Numbered from the stretch's first letter, positions 35,110 through 46,579 are shown. The stretch: DNA of 46,712 bases from Candidatus Izemoplasmatales bacterium (GCA_050177605.1 JBFXGX010000003.1:84006-130717), one strand, 5' to 3'. Notes: a model not told the origin generated them from the sequence alone. A program made the numbers and translations.

Positions 35110-35961
35110 CTATTCTTTTTCAATGTAACCCATGCCCATCGTTCCTGGACCGGCATGGCATCCAACGACTGGTGTTAATGGAATCAGTTTAACTTCTGAA
35201 ATGCCATCAACTTTAAGAAGTTCATCTTGAAAATCAAGCATCTCTCCCATATTGTTTGTGTAAATGACAAAGAGTTCAACTTTTTTCCCTTTAATCTCTT
35301 CAAGTATTTTTTCTAGCATGACTTCTCTTGCTTTTTGGGTCGTTCTAATCTTTTCCATGGTCACTACTTTTCCTTCTTTCGAAACATGTAGTAATGGTTT
35401 TAATTTTAGTAACGATCCTAAAAATCCTTGTGCGTTGGATAAACGTCCATTTTTAACTAAATATTTTAATGTATCAACAGTCACATAAATATGATTGTGA
35501 TCTCTAATAAATTCTAATGCAGCTAAGATATCGTGTGAAGTAGCCCCTTGATCTGACATTTGTTTCGCTGTCATTGCCATCAGTGCTTCGACATAGGAAA
35601 TACTTAGAGAATCAAAAACATGTACTGGTGTATCTTCCAACATTTTCGCAGCGAGGATTGCATTTTGATAGGTGCCGCTCAAATGTTTAGAGATGGTAAT
35701 AATGATCAGTTCATCATAACCAGAAGCAACCATTTCTTGATACATTTCAAGAAGGTATCCTGTACTTGTTTGTGCTGTTTTGATATCTAAATCTGGGTTT
35801 TTAGTAATTCTATCATAAAAATCATCTGAGGTAATTTCGACAAAGTCTTCGAATTCTTGATCTTCGATTAAAAGTAATGATCTAAAAATACGAATTTCTT
35901 TATCGTGAACTAGATAATCTAGTCCTGAGTTTCCACATACTGCTACACCAATTTTTGACAT
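35110..35961 (-). CDS. DegV family fatty-acid-binding protein (FakB-like)
   Basis: KTAQ, ISKHLSGTY, VFDS, LKYLVKNGRL, LKPLL and HAGPG motifs. Confidence 0.94.
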   Translation of the reverse strand: MSKIGVAVCGNSGLDYLVHDKEIRIFRSLLLIEDQEFEDFVEITSDDFYDRITKNPDLDIKTAQTSTGYLLEMYQEMVASGYDELIIITISKHLSGTYQNAILAAKMLEDTPVHVFDSLSISYVEALMAMTAKQMSDQGATSHDILAALEFIRDHNHIYVTVDTLKYLVKNGRLSNAQGFLGSLLKLKPLLHVSKEGKVVTMEKIRTTQKAREVMLEKILEEIKGKKVELFVIYTNNMGEMLDFQDELLKVDGISEVKLIPLTPVVGCHAGPGTMGMGYIEKE

Positions 35962-35980
35962 GTTGGTTCTCCTTTTATTC

Positions 35981-36042
35981 TTTTAAGTTCAAATATTTTG
36001 AATTTCAAACAATAGTTTAACATAAAGAATATTGAAAAGCAA
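35981..36042 (-). promoter_or_regulatory. degV-marR promoter with FabT-type operator(s)
   Basis: TTGCTT (36042-36037), 17-bp spacer, TAAACT (36019-36014); TTTGA-att-TCAAA at 35997-36009 and an imperfect TTTTA-agt-TCAAA at 35981-35993. Confidence 0.7.
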
Positions 36043-36059
36043 GAATATTGGTCAAAATC

Positions 36060-36824
36060 TTATATTTGCGTATAAGGATTGGTATCAATTTGAGAAATCA
36101 ACACTTCGATATCAGGAAAAGCAGATTGGATTTGCAATGCAATAGCTGGTTTAAATATTTTTTCAGCGTAGTGACCGATATCTAGGATGGTTAACCCCAT
36201 TTGAATTGCATCAAGTGCAGTATGATAAGTCACATCTCCAGTGAGAAACAAATCAGCATTTTTTCTTTTCGCTGGTGCCATATGAATGGAACCACTTCCT
36301 AAGGAGAATCCGATACGCTTAATCACGTCGCGTGGTTTTCCAATTAACTTGATATCTGGTAGATTAAAATCATGATGAAGCAAAGAAACAAAATCATCAA
36401 AGGATCGAGGAGAGATATTTCCAATTAATCCGATTTGTTCTTGGTCGTCTAGTACTTCAATGTCTTCAAGCCCGATTAAACGTGCAAATTCATCATTCAT
36501 TCCACCCTTGGAGGTATCATAATTGGTATGCATCGAATAGAGTGCGATACCATGTTTTATTAAGTGATGGATGATCCAACCTCTAGGTGTTTCAACTTGA
36601 ACGTTGTAGACAGGTTTAAAAATCAGTGGATGATGAGAAATCAATAAATCAACTTTCTTTTCAATGGCTTCTTTTACCACTTCTTTCGTTACATCTAGTG
36701 TTACTAACACTTTTTTAACTTTAGAATTCAAAGAACCAACTTGTAATCCTACATTATCCCAATCATAAGCTTTTTCTTTCGGATAAAATGTTTCTAAATA
36801 TCTGATGACTTCGATACTGTTCAT
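36060..36824 (-). CDS. Nif3-like dinuclear metal centre protein
   Basis: WDNVGL, SHHPLIF, HTNYD, TGD..YH and GHYAE motifs; ATGA overlap with trmK. Confidence 0.93.
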   Translation of the reverse strand: MNSIEVIRYLETFYPKEKAYDWDNVGLQVGSLNSKVKKVLVTLDVTKEVVKEAIEKKVDLLISHHPLIFKPVYNVQVETPRGWIIHHLIKHGIALYSMHTNYDTSKGGMNDEFARLIGLEDIEVLDDQEQIGLIGNISPRSFDDFVSLLHHDFNLPDIKLIGKPRDVIKRIGFSLGSGSIHMAPAKRKNADLFLTGDVTYHTALDAIQMGLTILDIGHYAEKIFKPAIALQIQSAFPDIEVLISQIDTNPYTQI

Positions 36825-37468
36825 AAGCACTCCTTTAAAGTATGAATTTCGTCTTCAATCACTGACTTCTTTTCTTCACTCACCTTCGATAAAGCGAGTT
36901 CGAACTTTTCAATTTGCTTGTGGATATATTCAACGAAATCCTTATTTTTTCTTTGTAGGTTGATCTTGCCAAATCGTTTTTCAAGGGTCGATAGATGCAT
37001 CTCTCCCTTTTCAGAAACGATGATTTGATAATACTTTTGATGATCCTTGATGAATTCTTCGCTGATGACTTTCCAGCCATTTTTTTCGAGGAATTCACGA
37101 AGTACGGATGCATCACTATTGGGAGACAAAATAAGACGTTTAACATCTTTTAAGTCTACCCCAGATAAGATTTCAGAAATTAAGATTCCACCCATACCAA
37201 GAATCGAAACAAGGTCTTGATGAGGGGTTAACTCATCAAGACCATTTAATAGTGCAACTTGAATTTGATTTGTAAGAGACGCTTCTTCTACATTCTTAAG
37301 CGCAGATTCATAAGGAGAAACCTTATTATCTGAAGCAATACTTTTTTTTACATATCCCCTTGAAACTGCTTCAATAGGAAAATATGCATGATCACACCCA
37401 ACATCTCTTAAACACTGAAACCCAGCTGTATATTCTAACGCTTTTTCAAGACGTTTACTTAATTTCAT
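36821..37468 (-). CDS. trmK: tRNA (adenine(22)-N1)-methyltransferase
   Basis: [13 protein letters not shown] and GMGG.LI motifs; follows rpoD. Confidence 0.92.
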   Translation of the reverse strand: MKLSKRLEKALEYTAGFQCLRDVGCDHAYFPIEAVSRGYVKKSIASDNKVSPYESALKNVEEASLTNQIQVALLNGLDELTPHQDLVSILGMGGILISEILSGVDLKDVKRLILSPNSDASVLREFLEKNGWKVISEEFIKDHQKYYQIIVSEKGEMHLSTLEKRFGKINLQRKNKDFVEYIHKQIEKFELALSKVSEEKKSVIEDEIHTLKECL

Positions 37469-38757
37469 TGTCTTCCGTTTGTGAAATCTTTTAATTTTTT
37501 ACTGCGAGATGGATGTCTTAGCTTTCTTAAGGCTTTCGCTTCAATTTGACGAATTCTTTCACGTGTAACACCAAATTCTTTACCAACTTCTTCGAGCGTT
37601 CTGGTTCTTCCATCTAAAAGTCCAAAACGCATTCTTAATACTTTTTCTTCACGATCTGTGAGTGTTTCAAGTACTGCGTCAAGTTCTCTTTTCAGCATTT
37701 CCTTGGAAGTATATTCATAAGGCGTTAGTGTGTCTGGATCTGGAATAAAATCTCCAAGAGATGAATCTTCTTCTTCTCCAACAGGAGATTCTAAAGAAAT
37801 CGGTTCTTGGGCTACTTTTTGAATGATTTGTACTTTATCAACAGAGATCTTCATTTCAGCTGCGACTTCATCTGGATGAGGCTCTCTTTTTAATTTTTGA
37901 GTCAATGTTCTTTGTGTACGTACAAGTTTATTGATTGTTTCAACCATATGAACAGGTATACGAATTGTTCTAGCTTGATCGGCAATGGCTCTAGTGATTG
38001 CTTGACGAATCCACCAAGTGGCGTACGTAGAGAACTTGAATCCTTTGGTATGGTCAAATTTATAAACGGCTTTCATTAAGCCCATGTTTCCTTCTTGAAT
38101 TAAATCTAAAAATTGCATTCCGCGTCCAACATATCTTTTCGCGATAGAGACAACCAAACGGAGATTCGCTTCAACGAGTTTCTTTTCTGAGAATTCACCA
38201 CGTTTGAATAATTCTTCAAATTCAGCGAGTTCTTCTTGTGAAATGCTAACACCATCCGCTACTTTTTGGTCATAGACTTCTCGTGCTTTACGGGCTCTTG
38301 AAATTAGCGTCGCAAGTTCATACTCTTCGTCACCAGAAAGTAATTCAACACGACCGATTTCTTTTAAGTACATACGTACTGGGTCGTCTACTTTGATAGA
38401 AATGGAAGAATCGAATTGTTTTTCTAGCATTAATTCTTCTTCGATTTCTTTTGCATAATCGAAGTCAATTAATTCTTCAGCGGGAATATCGTCATCGGAT
38501 AATTCATCTAAATCAATAAAATCATCGTCAGCCTCTTCGTCGTCTTCTTCAGCTACGAGTACTTCTTCTTCCTCTTCAACTTCTTCTGGTAAGTCAAGGT
38601 TTTCTTCTGCATAGATTCCTTCACTTTCAAGATCCATAATGATGTCATCATACATCATATCATTCTCATTCACATATTTCTTAATTTCTTCAAAAGATAA
38701 ATATCCTTGTTCTTCCCAAAAGGCTGTTAACTTCTTTAAGATTTCGCTTTTTTCCAT
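37465..38757 (-). CDS. rpoD: Primary RNA polymerase sigma factor
   Basis: [37 protein letters not shown] and TRERIRQIE motifs. Confidence 0.98.
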   Translation of the reverse strand: MEKSEILKKLTAFWEEQGYLSFEEIKKYVNENDMMYDDIIMDLESEGIYAEENLDLPEEVEEEEEVLVAEEDDEEADDDFIDLDELSDDDIPAEELIDFDYAKEIEEELMLEKQFDSSISIKVDDPVRMYLKEIGRVELLSGDEEYELATLISRARKAREVYDQKVADGVSISQEELAEFEELFKRGEFSEKKLVEANLRLVVSIAKRYVGRGMQFLDLIQEGNMGLMKAVYKFDHTKGFKFSTYATWWIRQAITRAIADQARTIRIPVHMVETINKLVRTQRTLTQKLKREPHPDEVAAEMKISVDKVQIIQKVAQEPISLESPVGEEEDSSLGDFIPDPDTLTPYEYTSKEMLKRELDAVLETLTDREEKVLRMRFGLLDGRTRTLEEVGKEFGVTRERIRQIEAKALRKLRHPSRSKKLKDFTNGRQ

Positions 38758-40544
38758 GTGTTCTCCTTCTTTAATTCATCGATTTGTTTTTTCGCTTCAA
38801 GAATTTCATTACCAAACTTCAATTTTTCTTCTTTCGTTAAAATATCATTCAGTGCGGTTAATTTTTCTTTGATTGCTCGTATATTCATTTCAATTTCACA
38901 TATTTTATGAGTATTAATAATTTGCTTTAATTCGACGCTGCTGTACTCTAAACCAGTATCATTTAATCGTCTTTTCGCAAGTTCGTATTCATTGCCTGTG
39001 AGGCCATCTAATACTTGTTCTTTTAAATCCAATACTTGATTATTTTCAATCAGACCGGTGGCTTCAAATAAAATCATTACGTTGATACGGTCTTTTGCAA
39101 AATAAGCTTGGATTTCATCAATGATGTATTGTCTGTATTCTGGTGTCTTCAAAAAATAGGATACCAGACGATTTTCGGATTCAATTTTTTTGTTAATGAT
39201 AGCCATATTGGCAAGTGTTTGTTTCTTTTGTTGCTCTTTATGAAAGGTAATGGCTTGCGTAAGTTGATAGTTATGCAAGTCTGATTGAATTGATTCATAC
39301 GATACGCCAATATCTTCAGACATCTTCTTCATATAGATTTCTAGAAGCATATCAGAATTTTGTTTTTGAAGTGTTTTGAATACCTTCAACTTGAATTCTT
39401 CAATTTGAGATGGCATCGACATATCTGTTTTACGCATCAAATAGACATATTGGAATTCAAATGGATCCATTTGTGTGGTATTGACATATTTTTGGAACGC
39501 TTGACGAGATTTTGTTTTGACAAATTCATCAGGGTCTAACCCTTCAGGCAAGAGAACAATCGAGACACTGAGTCCGGCATTTTGAAGCAATGGAATCGCT
39601 TTGTTTGTTGCTTCAAAACCAGCTTTATCACCATCATAACAGATGACTGCGTGGTCAGTATATTTTTTTAATAATTTCGCTTGCTCTTCGGTAAGAGCCG
39701 TTCCCATCGAACAGACACTTTCTTTAATACCTGATACAACAGAGGCAATGACATCAAAGAATCCTTCAAAAAGAACTACACGGTTTTCTCTTTTAATGGA
39801 AGGTATCGCTTTATCTAAATTGAATAAAACGTTCCCTTTCGTGAAGATTTTGGATTGAGGGCTATTGATATATTTCATATCAGAAGCACCATTAATCTCT
39901 CTACCACTAAAACCGACGGTTTTCCCATACTCATTTCGAATCGGGAAAATCAATCTGTCACGGAATAAATCGACATAATCTTTCTCGGTTTTTTTAACTA
40001 AACCAAGTTCAATAAAATCGACGGCATCTATTTGATCTTTAAGTTGATTATACATTCCGCTATAATCGTTTGTCGCGTATCCTAGTTCGAAGTATTGAAT
40101 CGTATGAATATCAAGTCCACGTTTTAAGACATAGTCTAGACCAGGTTTCCCTTCCGCAAGATTGGTAAGGGTTAATTGATATAAACCAGATACTTTATCG
40201 TTAATTTCATAAAAATGACTAAAATCATTTTTGACGAACGTTTCACCTTCCGTTTCAACAGGAAGATGATATTTATCCGCAAGCGCGAGTAGCGCTTCAG
40301 GATAAGTGATATTTTTGTATCGTTGAATGAAAGTGACCGCATTCCCAGCTTCACCACATCCGAAACATTTAAAGATTCCTTTTTCTTTACTGACATTAAA
40401 GGATGGTGTCTTTTCACTATGAAATGGACAGAGTCCTTTAAAACCACTTCCAGAAGGTTGAAGTTGGACATAATCAGATATGACATCGACAATATCGGCT
40501 GTGTTTGTGATAAGGTCAATTGTTTTTTGACTGATCTTTGCCAT
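38736..40544 (-). CDS. dnaG: DNA primase
   Basis: CPFH...CFGC zinc finger, KYINSP, EGFFD and YDGD.AG motifs. Confidence 0.97.
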   Translation of the reverse strand: MAKISQKTIDLITNTADIVDVISDYVQLQPSGSGFKGLCPFHSEKTPSFNVSKEKGIFKCFGCGEAGNAVTFIQRYKNITYPEALLALADKYHLPVETEGETFVKNDFSHFYEINDKVSGLYQLTLTNLAEGKPGLDYVLKRGLDIHTIQYFELGYATNDYSGMYNQLKDQIDAVDFIELGLVKKTEKDYVDLFRDRLIFPIRNEYGKTVGFSGREINGASDMKYINSPQSKIFTKGNVLFNLDKAIPSIKRENRVVLFEGFFDVIASVVSGIKESVCSMGTALTEEQAKLLKKYTDHAVICYDGDKAGFEATNKAIPLLQNAGLSVSIVLLPEGLDPDEFVKTKSRQAFQKYVNTTQMDPFEFQYVYLMRKTDMSMPSQIEEFKLKVFKTLQKQNSDMLLEIYMKKMSEDIGVSYESIQSDLHNYQLTQAITFHKEQQKKQTLANMAIINKKIESENRLVSYFLKTPEYRQYIIDEIQAYFAKDRINVMILFEATGLIENNQVLDLKEQVLDGLTGNEYELAKRRLNDTGLEYSSVELKQIINTHKICEIEMNIRAIKEKLTALNDILTKEEKLKFGNEILEAKKQIDELKKENTWKKAKS

Positions 40545-40563
40545 AGACTTCCCTTCTTTCTTG

Positions 40564-41961
40564 TTATAAAATATTCAAATCTTTTCTGATATGAGCGACT
40601 AGTTCATCAATGTTACAAGTGATTTGTTCCATCGAATCACGGTAGCGAATTGTGACTGTGTTCTTTTCAAGTGTATCATTATCAATCGTAACACACAGTG
40701 GTGTACCGATTGCATCTTGTCTTCTGTATCTCTTACCAATATTACCCGCTTCATCGTAAGTTACGTCAAAAACACTTAATAATTTTTGATAGACTTCCTC
40801 TGCTTTTTCTTGGTGATATTTTTTCACAAGTGGGAAGACCGCTACTTGATACGGTGCAAGTAAAGGTGAAATTTTAAGCAAAGTACGACTATCCCCATTT
40901 CCAAGATCTTGTTCTTCAAAGGATTCATTTAGAATCGCAAGGAATAAACGTTCAACACCTAGTGCTGGTTCAATGACATACGGTAAGTAGCGTTCGTTGG
41001 TATCTGGATCTAAGTAAGTTAAGTTTTCGCCTGAATGATTTTGATGTTGTATCAAATCATAATTAGTTCGCGATGCCACGCCCCAAAGTTCATCAAATCC
41101 CCATGGGTAACGATACATGATATCGGTCGTTGCATTCGAGTAGAATGATAATTTTTCTTCAGGATGATTGTAGAGTTCAAGATTTTCTGGTTTTAAACCT
41201 AGTCCTTTAAGAAAATCAAAAGCGAATTGTTTCCAATAAACAAACCATTCTAGTTCTGTTCCTGGTTTGCAGAAAAACTCCATTTCCATTTGTTCAAATT
41301 CTCTTGTACGGAAAATAAAGTTTCCTGGTGTAATTTCATTACGGAAGCTTTTTCCAACTTGAGCAATCCCAAAGGGTACTTTTTTACGAGAAGTTCTTTG
41401 GACGTTCTTAAAGTTCAGGAAAATACCTTGCGCTGTTTCAGGTCGTAAGTAAATAACACTTTTCGAATCTTCAACAACCCCTTGTGAAGTTTTAAACATT
41501 AAATTGAATTCACGAATTTCAGTGTAATCCACTTTACCACAAACAGGACAAGGAATTTGATTTTTAACGATGTAATCATACATTTCTTCTTTGGACCAGC
41601 CATCTGCATCGACTGTGTTTTTTGAAAACTCGGCAATGAGTTTATCTGCACGATGTCTAGACTTACATGCTTTACAGTCCATTAGGGGATCTTGAAAACC
41701 GCCAACATGACCACTCGCAACCCAAGTTTCTGGATTTAAAAGAATCGCGGAATCAAGTCCCACGTTTAAAGGATTCGTTCTAACAAACGCATCCCACCAA
41801 GCTTTTTTAATTTTTTGTTTTAATAGTACGCCAAGTGGACCATAGTCCCATGTATTGGCAAGTCCACCATATATTTCACTACCTTGGTAGACAAATCCAT
41901 ATTGTTTTGCGTAATTGACTAGTTGTTCTAATGAGTTGTTCAAGTTAATCATCCTCTCCAT
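40564..41961 (-). CDS. glyQS: Glycine--tRNA ligase, homodimeric (alpha2) type
   Basis: DYGPLG, LRPETAQG, FRNEITP..FIFRTREFEQME and IGKRYRRQD motifs; the true start may be a few codons downstream. Confidence 0.95.
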   Translation of the reverse strand: MERMINLNNSLEQLVNYAKQYGFVYQGSEIYGGLANTWDYGPLGVLLKQKIKKAWWDAFVRTNPLNVGLDSAILLNPETWVASGHVGGFQDPLMDCKACKSRHRADKLIAEFSKNTVDADGWSKEEMYDYIVKNQIPCPVCGKVDYTEIREFNLMFKTSQGVVEDSKSVIYLRPETAQGIFLNFKNVQRTSRKKVPFGIAQVGKSFRNEITPGNFIFRTREFEQMEMEFFCKPGTELEWFVYWKQFAFDFLKGLGLKPENLELYNHPEEKLSFYSNATTDIMYRYPWGFDELWGVASRTNYDLIQHQNHSGENLTYLDPDTNERYLPYVIEPALGVERLFLAILNESFEEQDLGNGDSRTLLKISPLLAPYQVAVFPLVKKYHQEKAEEVYQKLLSVFDVTYDEAGNIGKRYRRQDAIGTPLCVTIDNDTLEKNTVTIRYRDSMEQITCNIDELVAHIRKDLNIL

Positions 41962-41983
41962 TTGGGCATATTATCTCATTTTA

Positions 41984-42011
41984 ATTATAAAGCATAAGTT
42001 TGTAATGTCAA
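41984..42011 (-). promoter_or_regulatory. Sigma-A promoter of glyQS-dnaG-rpoD
   Basis: TTGACA (42011-42006), 16-bp spacer, TATAAT (41989-41984). Confidence 0.75.
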
Positions 42012-42075
42012 GGCAAATTATATATTTTATAATATATAAAAGGCTAATTCTAGACAAAAAACAAGGCTAGAAGGT

Positions 42076-42792
42076 TTAATAGCCAATAAATCCTTCTAGC
42101 ACAGTTCTTGATTTGGTCTTAATATTGAGGTGATACATATAATATTCATCAAGTAAATGACGTAACTCAATGATGGTGATACTTTCTGTTTCAATCGACG
42201 ATGGCTTCGCTAAATCGTAGTAGTAAAGGAACTGAAACAGTTCAACACACTTCTTTGAATAGGTAGGTTTATGTGGATGGTCATCACAAATCATCCCACC
42301 TTCAGCGACAGAAAAAGTTAAATTGTTTGTTTCATGACAAAGGACACAATCTTTAAATCTGGGATTCACGCCTAAAAGAAATAGGAGCTTCGCTTCAAAC
42401 ATATTTATGTAGGGAATATAGTCAACTTCTGTCGATACTTTATTCAAAATTTTGATTAAGAACGGATAACTTTTACTATGATCTAACCCACCAATCGAAA
42501 AGTGTTCAAGAAGCTCGAGCATATGCAGTGAATACGTGTATTTTTCAAGATTGGATTTGATGGTATTAAAGGTATTAATCATCGTGATTTCTTTGACTGT
42601 TTTTAAGTCTTTTCCGGAAGCATAGATTTTGACATGGGAAAGAGTATCTTTTGATCCTAAAAACGGACTTTTAATTTTGTTTGCGCCTCGAAGTAAAAAA
42701 GAAACGACACCGGATGTCGTATATACGTAGATGATTTGACTTGTCTCTTTGTAATCTAGGTGTTTGACAATAATTCCTTCAAATACGTCCAA
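42076..42792 (-). CDS. recO: DNA repair protein RecO
   Basis: EGIIVK..DYKE N-terminus, FE.KLL..LG..P, CxxC...GG..C..H; follows era; probable TTG start at 42792. Confidence 0.9.
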   Translation of the reverse strand: MDVFEGIIVKHLDYKETSQIIYVYTTSGVVSFLLRGANKIKSPFLGSKDTLSHVKIYASGKDLKTVKEITMINTFNTIKSNLEKYTYSLHMLELLEHFSIGGLDHSKSYPFLIKILNKVSTEVDYIPYINMFEAKLLFLLGVNPRFKDCVLCHETNNLTFSVAEGGMICDDHPHKPTYSKKCVELFQFLYYYDLAKPSSIETESITIIELRHLLDEYYMYHLNIKTKSRTVLEGFIGY

Positions 42793-42802
42793 GAGAATCC
42801 CT

Positions 42803-43696
42803 CTATTCTTTTTCTTTGGTATAACCGTAACTTTTAAGATAATGTTCTCTGTTGCGCCAATCAGCTTCAACCTTAACAAACAAGTCTAGAAAAACTTGTT
42901 TCCCAAATAAATGTTCAATGTCAACACGTGCTTTGGAGCCAATTTCTTTGAGCATGGCACCATTTTTACCAATGATAATTCCTTTTTGTGAGTTTCTTTC
43001 AACAACAATGGACGCGATAATTTCGACCAATTTCTTTTTGTTTTGATACTGGTCAATCACAACCATCACTGAATGAGGAACTTCTTCTTTTGTGAGTTCA
43101 AGTATTTTTTCACGAACAAATTCAGAAATCAAAAACGATTCTGGACGGTCTGAAATTTCACCATCAGGGTAAAACTGTGGACCTTCTTCAAGTCGATCTT
43201 TAATATCAGAAATGAGGTGATCAACATTTTGACCTGTAAGGGCTGAAATCCCAAAAACTCCCGCAAATTCAAACTCTTTTTTATAGATATCTAGCGCTGC
43301 TTGCAAGCGTGGAAAATCTTTAATCGTATCGATTTTATTCGCGATTAAAAAGACCGGTGTTTGCGTTCCTTTTAATTCTTGTAAAATCGCTAAATTTCTC
43401 TGTTTCACATCATCGAAAGCATTCACTAAAAACAGCACTAAATCGACTGCTTTTACTGTCGATAAAGCTGCAGAAGTCATATACTCTCCAAGCTTTGTTT
43501 TTGCTTTATGGATTCCTGGTGTATCCATGAAGATAATTTGTGAATCTTCATCATTATAGATTCCCGAAAACACATTTCTAGTGGTTTGTGGCTTGTCTGA
43601 AACGATTGCAACTTTTGTCTTTAGTACTTGATTGAGGAACGTTGATTTACCAACGTTAGGTTCGCCAATAATGGCGACAAAACCAGAGCGAAACAT
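42803..43696 (-). CDS. era: GTPase Era
   Basis: GEPNVGKST, PQTTR, DTPG, NKID motifs and KH motif IIIGKNG. Confidence 0.97.
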   Translation of the reverse strand: MFRSGFVAIIGEPNVGKSTFLNQVLKTKVAIVSDKPQTTRNVFSGIYNDEDSQIIFMDTPGIHKAKTKLGEYMTSAALSTVKAVDLVLFLVNAFDDVKQRNLAILQELKGTQTPVFLIANKIDTIKDFPRLQAALDIYKKEFEFAGVFGISALTGQNVDHLISDIKDRLEEGPQFYPDGEISDRPESFLISEFVREKILELTKEEVPHSVMVVIDQYQNKKKLVEIIASIVVERNSQKGIIIGKNGAMLKEIGSKARVDIEHLFGKQVFLDLFVKVEADWRNREHYLKSYGYTKEKE

Positions 43697-44088
43697 TAAA
43701 GATCCTCTTTCGTAAAGCCATGAGGTAATAATTCAATGTTTTTAATAACCTTTACTTCGTCGTGATTATTAATGAGTACGACATCACAATCCTCATTCAT
43801 TAACTCTCTCATCACTTGTCTACAACTTCCACATGGGCTCACAAAATAATCGTGGTCTGTATAGATTGCGATTCTTTTGATATCTTCTTTACGAACGCCA
43901 TTGGAGTAAGCTGAGAAAAGAGCACTACGTTCAGCACAATTTGCTAAACCATAGGCTGCATTTTCGACATTGATTCCTTTATAAATCTCGCCGTTATTTA
44001 GTTCAAGTACTGCTGATACAGCAAAATGAGAGTAAGGCACGTATGCATTTTTAATATTTTCTTTCGCTATGCTAATTAGTTTATCCAT
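43696..44088 (-). CDS. cdd: Cytidine deaminase (homotetrameric type)
   Basis: AYVPYS, NVENA, CAER and PCGSCRQ motifs. Confidence 0.96.
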   Translation of the reverse strand: MDKLISIAKENIKNAYVPYSHFAVSAVLELNNGEIYKGINVENAAYGLANCAERSALFSAYSNGVRKEDIKRIAIYTDHDYFVSPCGSCRQVMRELMNEDCDVVLINNHDEVKVIKNIELLPHGFTKEDL

Positions 44089-44092
44089 TTGA

Positions 44093-44521
44093 TTACCTCG
44101 TATAACTAGTTAAATTTAATATTTGATCTTGTAAGTCAAACATTTCTTTTTCTTCTTCTTTTGTTAAATGATCGTATCCATTACAATGTAAAAATCCATG
44201 GACACTTAAAAAAGCAAGTTCTCTGTCGAAAGAATGACCATATTCAAGGGCTTGTTCTTTCGCTTTATCAATGCTGATAAAGATGTCGCCAAGTTCATCC
44301 TCTTCATCCTGGTTTTCAAAACTGAGTACATCGGTAGGACGGTCAATCTGTCTGTAATATAAATTCATCTCATGAATCGATTCGTTATTCACTAAAATCA
44401 CATTAATCGTCTTTGTTTCTTTTATATCAAGAAAAGCGTAAGCTGTTTTGATAACTTTCTTTATGACTGGCAAATAGATTTTTTGGTCATCATACTGATT
44501 AAAAAAATTAATTTTTATCAT
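44093..44521 (-). CDS. ybeY: rRNA maturation endoribonuclease YbeY
   Basis: PTDVLSF, LGDIFIS and [11 protein letters not shown] motifs. Confidence 0.96.
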   Translation of the reverse strand: MIKINFFNQYDDQKIYLPVIKKVIKTAYAFLDIKETKTINVILVNNESIHEMNLYYRQIDRPTDVLSFENQDEEDELGDIFISIDKAKEQALEYGHSFDRELAFLSVHGFLHCNGYDHLTKEEEKEMFDLQDQILNLTSYTR

Positions 44522-45476
44522 TTTCAAACCTCTCTATAATCGTTTGAACAAGTGGATGTCTCACAACATCAGCGTTGTCAAAATATAATATTGAAATATC
44601 TCGGACTTCGTCTAGAATTTTTGAAGCTTTGACGAGACCCGACTCCACACGTGATGGCAAATCGGTTTGTGTGATGTCTCCAGTCACAACCATTTTTGAA
44701 CCAAACCCTAAACGAGTAAGGAATAATTTCATTTGGTTGATTGTCGTGTTTTGGGCTTCATCTAAAATGACAAAAGCATTTTCAAGGGTTCTTCCACGCA
44801 TATAGGCAAGGGGCGCAATTTCAATAATCCCTTTTTCTATAAAATCTTCGGTTTGTTTAACACCAAGAATTTCATACATTGCATCATATAAAGGACGGAG
44901 ATAAGGATCGACTTTTTCTTTTAAATCTCCCGGTAAGAAGCCAAGACTTTCACCAGCTTCAACGGCAGGTCTCGTGAGTACAATCCGTTTAACTTGATTC
45001 TCCTTTAATTTTTTGAGCGCAACCAATACCGCAAGATAGGTTTTCCCTGTTCCAGCGGGTCCAATCCCGAAAGTTAAGGTTGACCTTTCGATTTCGTTGA
45101 TATACTTCTTTTGATTAAGTGTCTTCGGATAGATGGGTTTTCCTGTTAAAGTCTTGATTAGTTCTTTTCGAGATACAAATAAATCAAGAATTTCCTCACT
45201 GTCATAGTGTTCCATCATATGATGGATATAAATAATATCTCGCTCATTAAAAAAGATATTCTTTTTAACAAAAATGGATAATATTCGGACGAGTTCTGAA
45301 AGAGACGCAAGAAGATCCTTATCCGCGGAATCCACAAGTAACTGTGCGTTCGTCGCATACATCGGAACTTGATAGAGTTCTTCCAGTAACCGTAAGTATT
45401 TATCATTTGTGCCAAATAAGGTTACCATCTCTGATGCAGAGCTGATTTTCAAATCGACTTTAAACAAATCCACCAT
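44508..45476 (-). CDS. phoH: PhoH family ATPase
   Basis: [28 protein letters not shown] and DEAQN motifs; start uncertain. Confidence 0.94.
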   Translation of the reverse strand: MVDLFKVDLKISSASEMVTLFGTNDKYLRLLEELYQVPMYATNAQLLVDSADKDLLASLSELVRILSIFVKKNIFFNERDIIYIHHMMEHYDSEEILDLFVSRKELIKTLTGKPIYPKTLNQKKYINEIERSTLTFGIGPAGTGKTYLAVLVALKKLKENQVKRIVLTRPAVEAGESLGFLPGDLKEKVDPYLRPLYDAMYEILGVKQTEDFIEKGIIEIAPLAYMRGRTLENAFVILDEAQNTTINQMKLFLTRLGFGSKMVVTGDITQTDLPSRVESGLVKASKILDEVRDISILYFDNADVVRHPLVQTIIERFENDKN

Positions 45477-45543
45477 AGATAAATAAGCCACCTTTCACTA
45501 AAATAATTATAACACATTCAGAATATTTTGGTTGTTTTTTGGG

Positions 45544-45570
45544 AAAAAAAGCACTTCACAAAATGAAGTG
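45544..45570 (-). terminator. Terminator after rpsU
   Basis: GCACTTCA-caaaa-TGAAGTGC with a T tract on the minus strand. Confidence 0.8.
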
Positions 45571-45578
45571 CCTTTTAA

Positions 45579-45752
45579 TTATACTTTTCTACCTTGGTTT
45601 TGACGTTGTTTTAATTTCTTTGAGACGCTTGGTTTCAAATAATATTCTCTCTTACGGGCTTCAGCTAGTGTTCCTGCACGAGAAACATCACGTTTAAAAC
45701 GGCGTAATGCATCTTCAATGGATTCATTTTCTCTAACGACGGTTTTAGCCAT
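45579..45752 (-). CDS. rpsU: 30S ribosomal protein S21 (not in the ORF track)
   Basis: [43 protein letters not shown]...; upstream promoter TTTACT-17-TATAAT (45813-45785). Confidence 0.96.
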   Translation of the reverse strand: MAKTVVRENESIEDALRRFKRDVSRAGTLAEARKREYYLKPSVSKKLKQRQNQGRKV

Positions 45753-45892
45753 TTGCTTTCACCCCTTTTCCTTTTGCACTTGTAATTATACACAATTTAG
45801 TAAAAAAAGTAAACTAATTTTTTTTGGAAAATTATTTTATTTTCCTTAAGATTATGTTATTATTATTTTATCTATAACTCGAGGTGATTTTT

Positions 45893-46579
45893 ATGAGATT
45901 TTTGCTTTCAGTAAATGACTTTAATTGGACGCAAATCGCTATTATTGGTGGCGTTGCCCTACTACTCATCATCTTTATTGCGATTTTTATCAATAAAGGA
46001 AAATACATGGCTCGATACAAAAATTTCTATAAAAAAATGGATAAGGCGATTACCAAGAAATATAATGGAAATTTGCTTAATGAACAAATCATCAACTCGC
46101 TCGTTATTGATCAAACGAATACTTACAAATCACTGAGGTCCAAAGGTAAGAGAAAAGTGAATGCTTATTTCGATTACTACTATAAAAATCTACCTCAACT
46201 TGTCTTGTTAAAATCATTTACGATCGCAGATAAAAATAAGACTGAACTTGTAATCTTAGTTCTTGATGAAAATAATAAGGTTCTCTATCGTTGGGATAAA
46301 CGACGCAAAGTCAGTGGATTCAAGAAACTATGTAATAAATATCAAATGTTAAGTCCGATTATTGGCTATCTTTATGAACTGCCAATCCATATTTATGAAA
46401 ATGCAAGTTATCGTTTCACCAACCACGATAATGGGTATTCACTGAGCTATGATGTAGTGAAAAATTTAAAGAAAGTGAAAAGAAAACAAAAACCTGCGAA
46501 GATGTCCAAAGCAGAAATCAAAGCACAGGCGAAAGTTGACAAAGCACTAGAGAAAAAGAATAAAAAGGCCAAAAAATAA
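45893..46579 (+). CDS. Hypothetical basic protein with an N-terminal membrane anchor
   Basis: RBS GAGGTG then ATG 45893; one TM; Lys-rich tail. Confidence 0.75.
   Translation: MRFLLSVNDFNWTQIAIIGGVALLLIIFIAIFINKGKYMARYKNFYKKMDKAITKKYNGNLLNEQIINSLVIDQTNTYKSLRSKGKRKVNAYFDYYYKNLPQLVLLKSFTIADKNKTELVILVLDENNKVLYRWDKRRKVSGFKKLCNKYQMLSPIIGYLYELPIHIYENASYRFTNHDNGYSLSYDVVKNLKKVKRKQKPAKMSKAEIKAQAKVDKALEKKNKKAKK

Noticed and set aside
38430..38640. Low-complexity TTC/GTC repeats in rpoD
   Set aside because: They encode the ordinary acidic linker of primary sigma factors; not a DNA repeat element
41962..42075. Possible T-box leader for glyQS
   Set aside because: The promoter is only about 20 nt from the ORF, and there is no UGGNACC element or leader terminator
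2126..46136. About 30 short antisense or alternative-frame ORFs of 60-121 aa in the track
   Set aside because: They lie within or across well-supported genes and show no recognisable motifs; expected by chance
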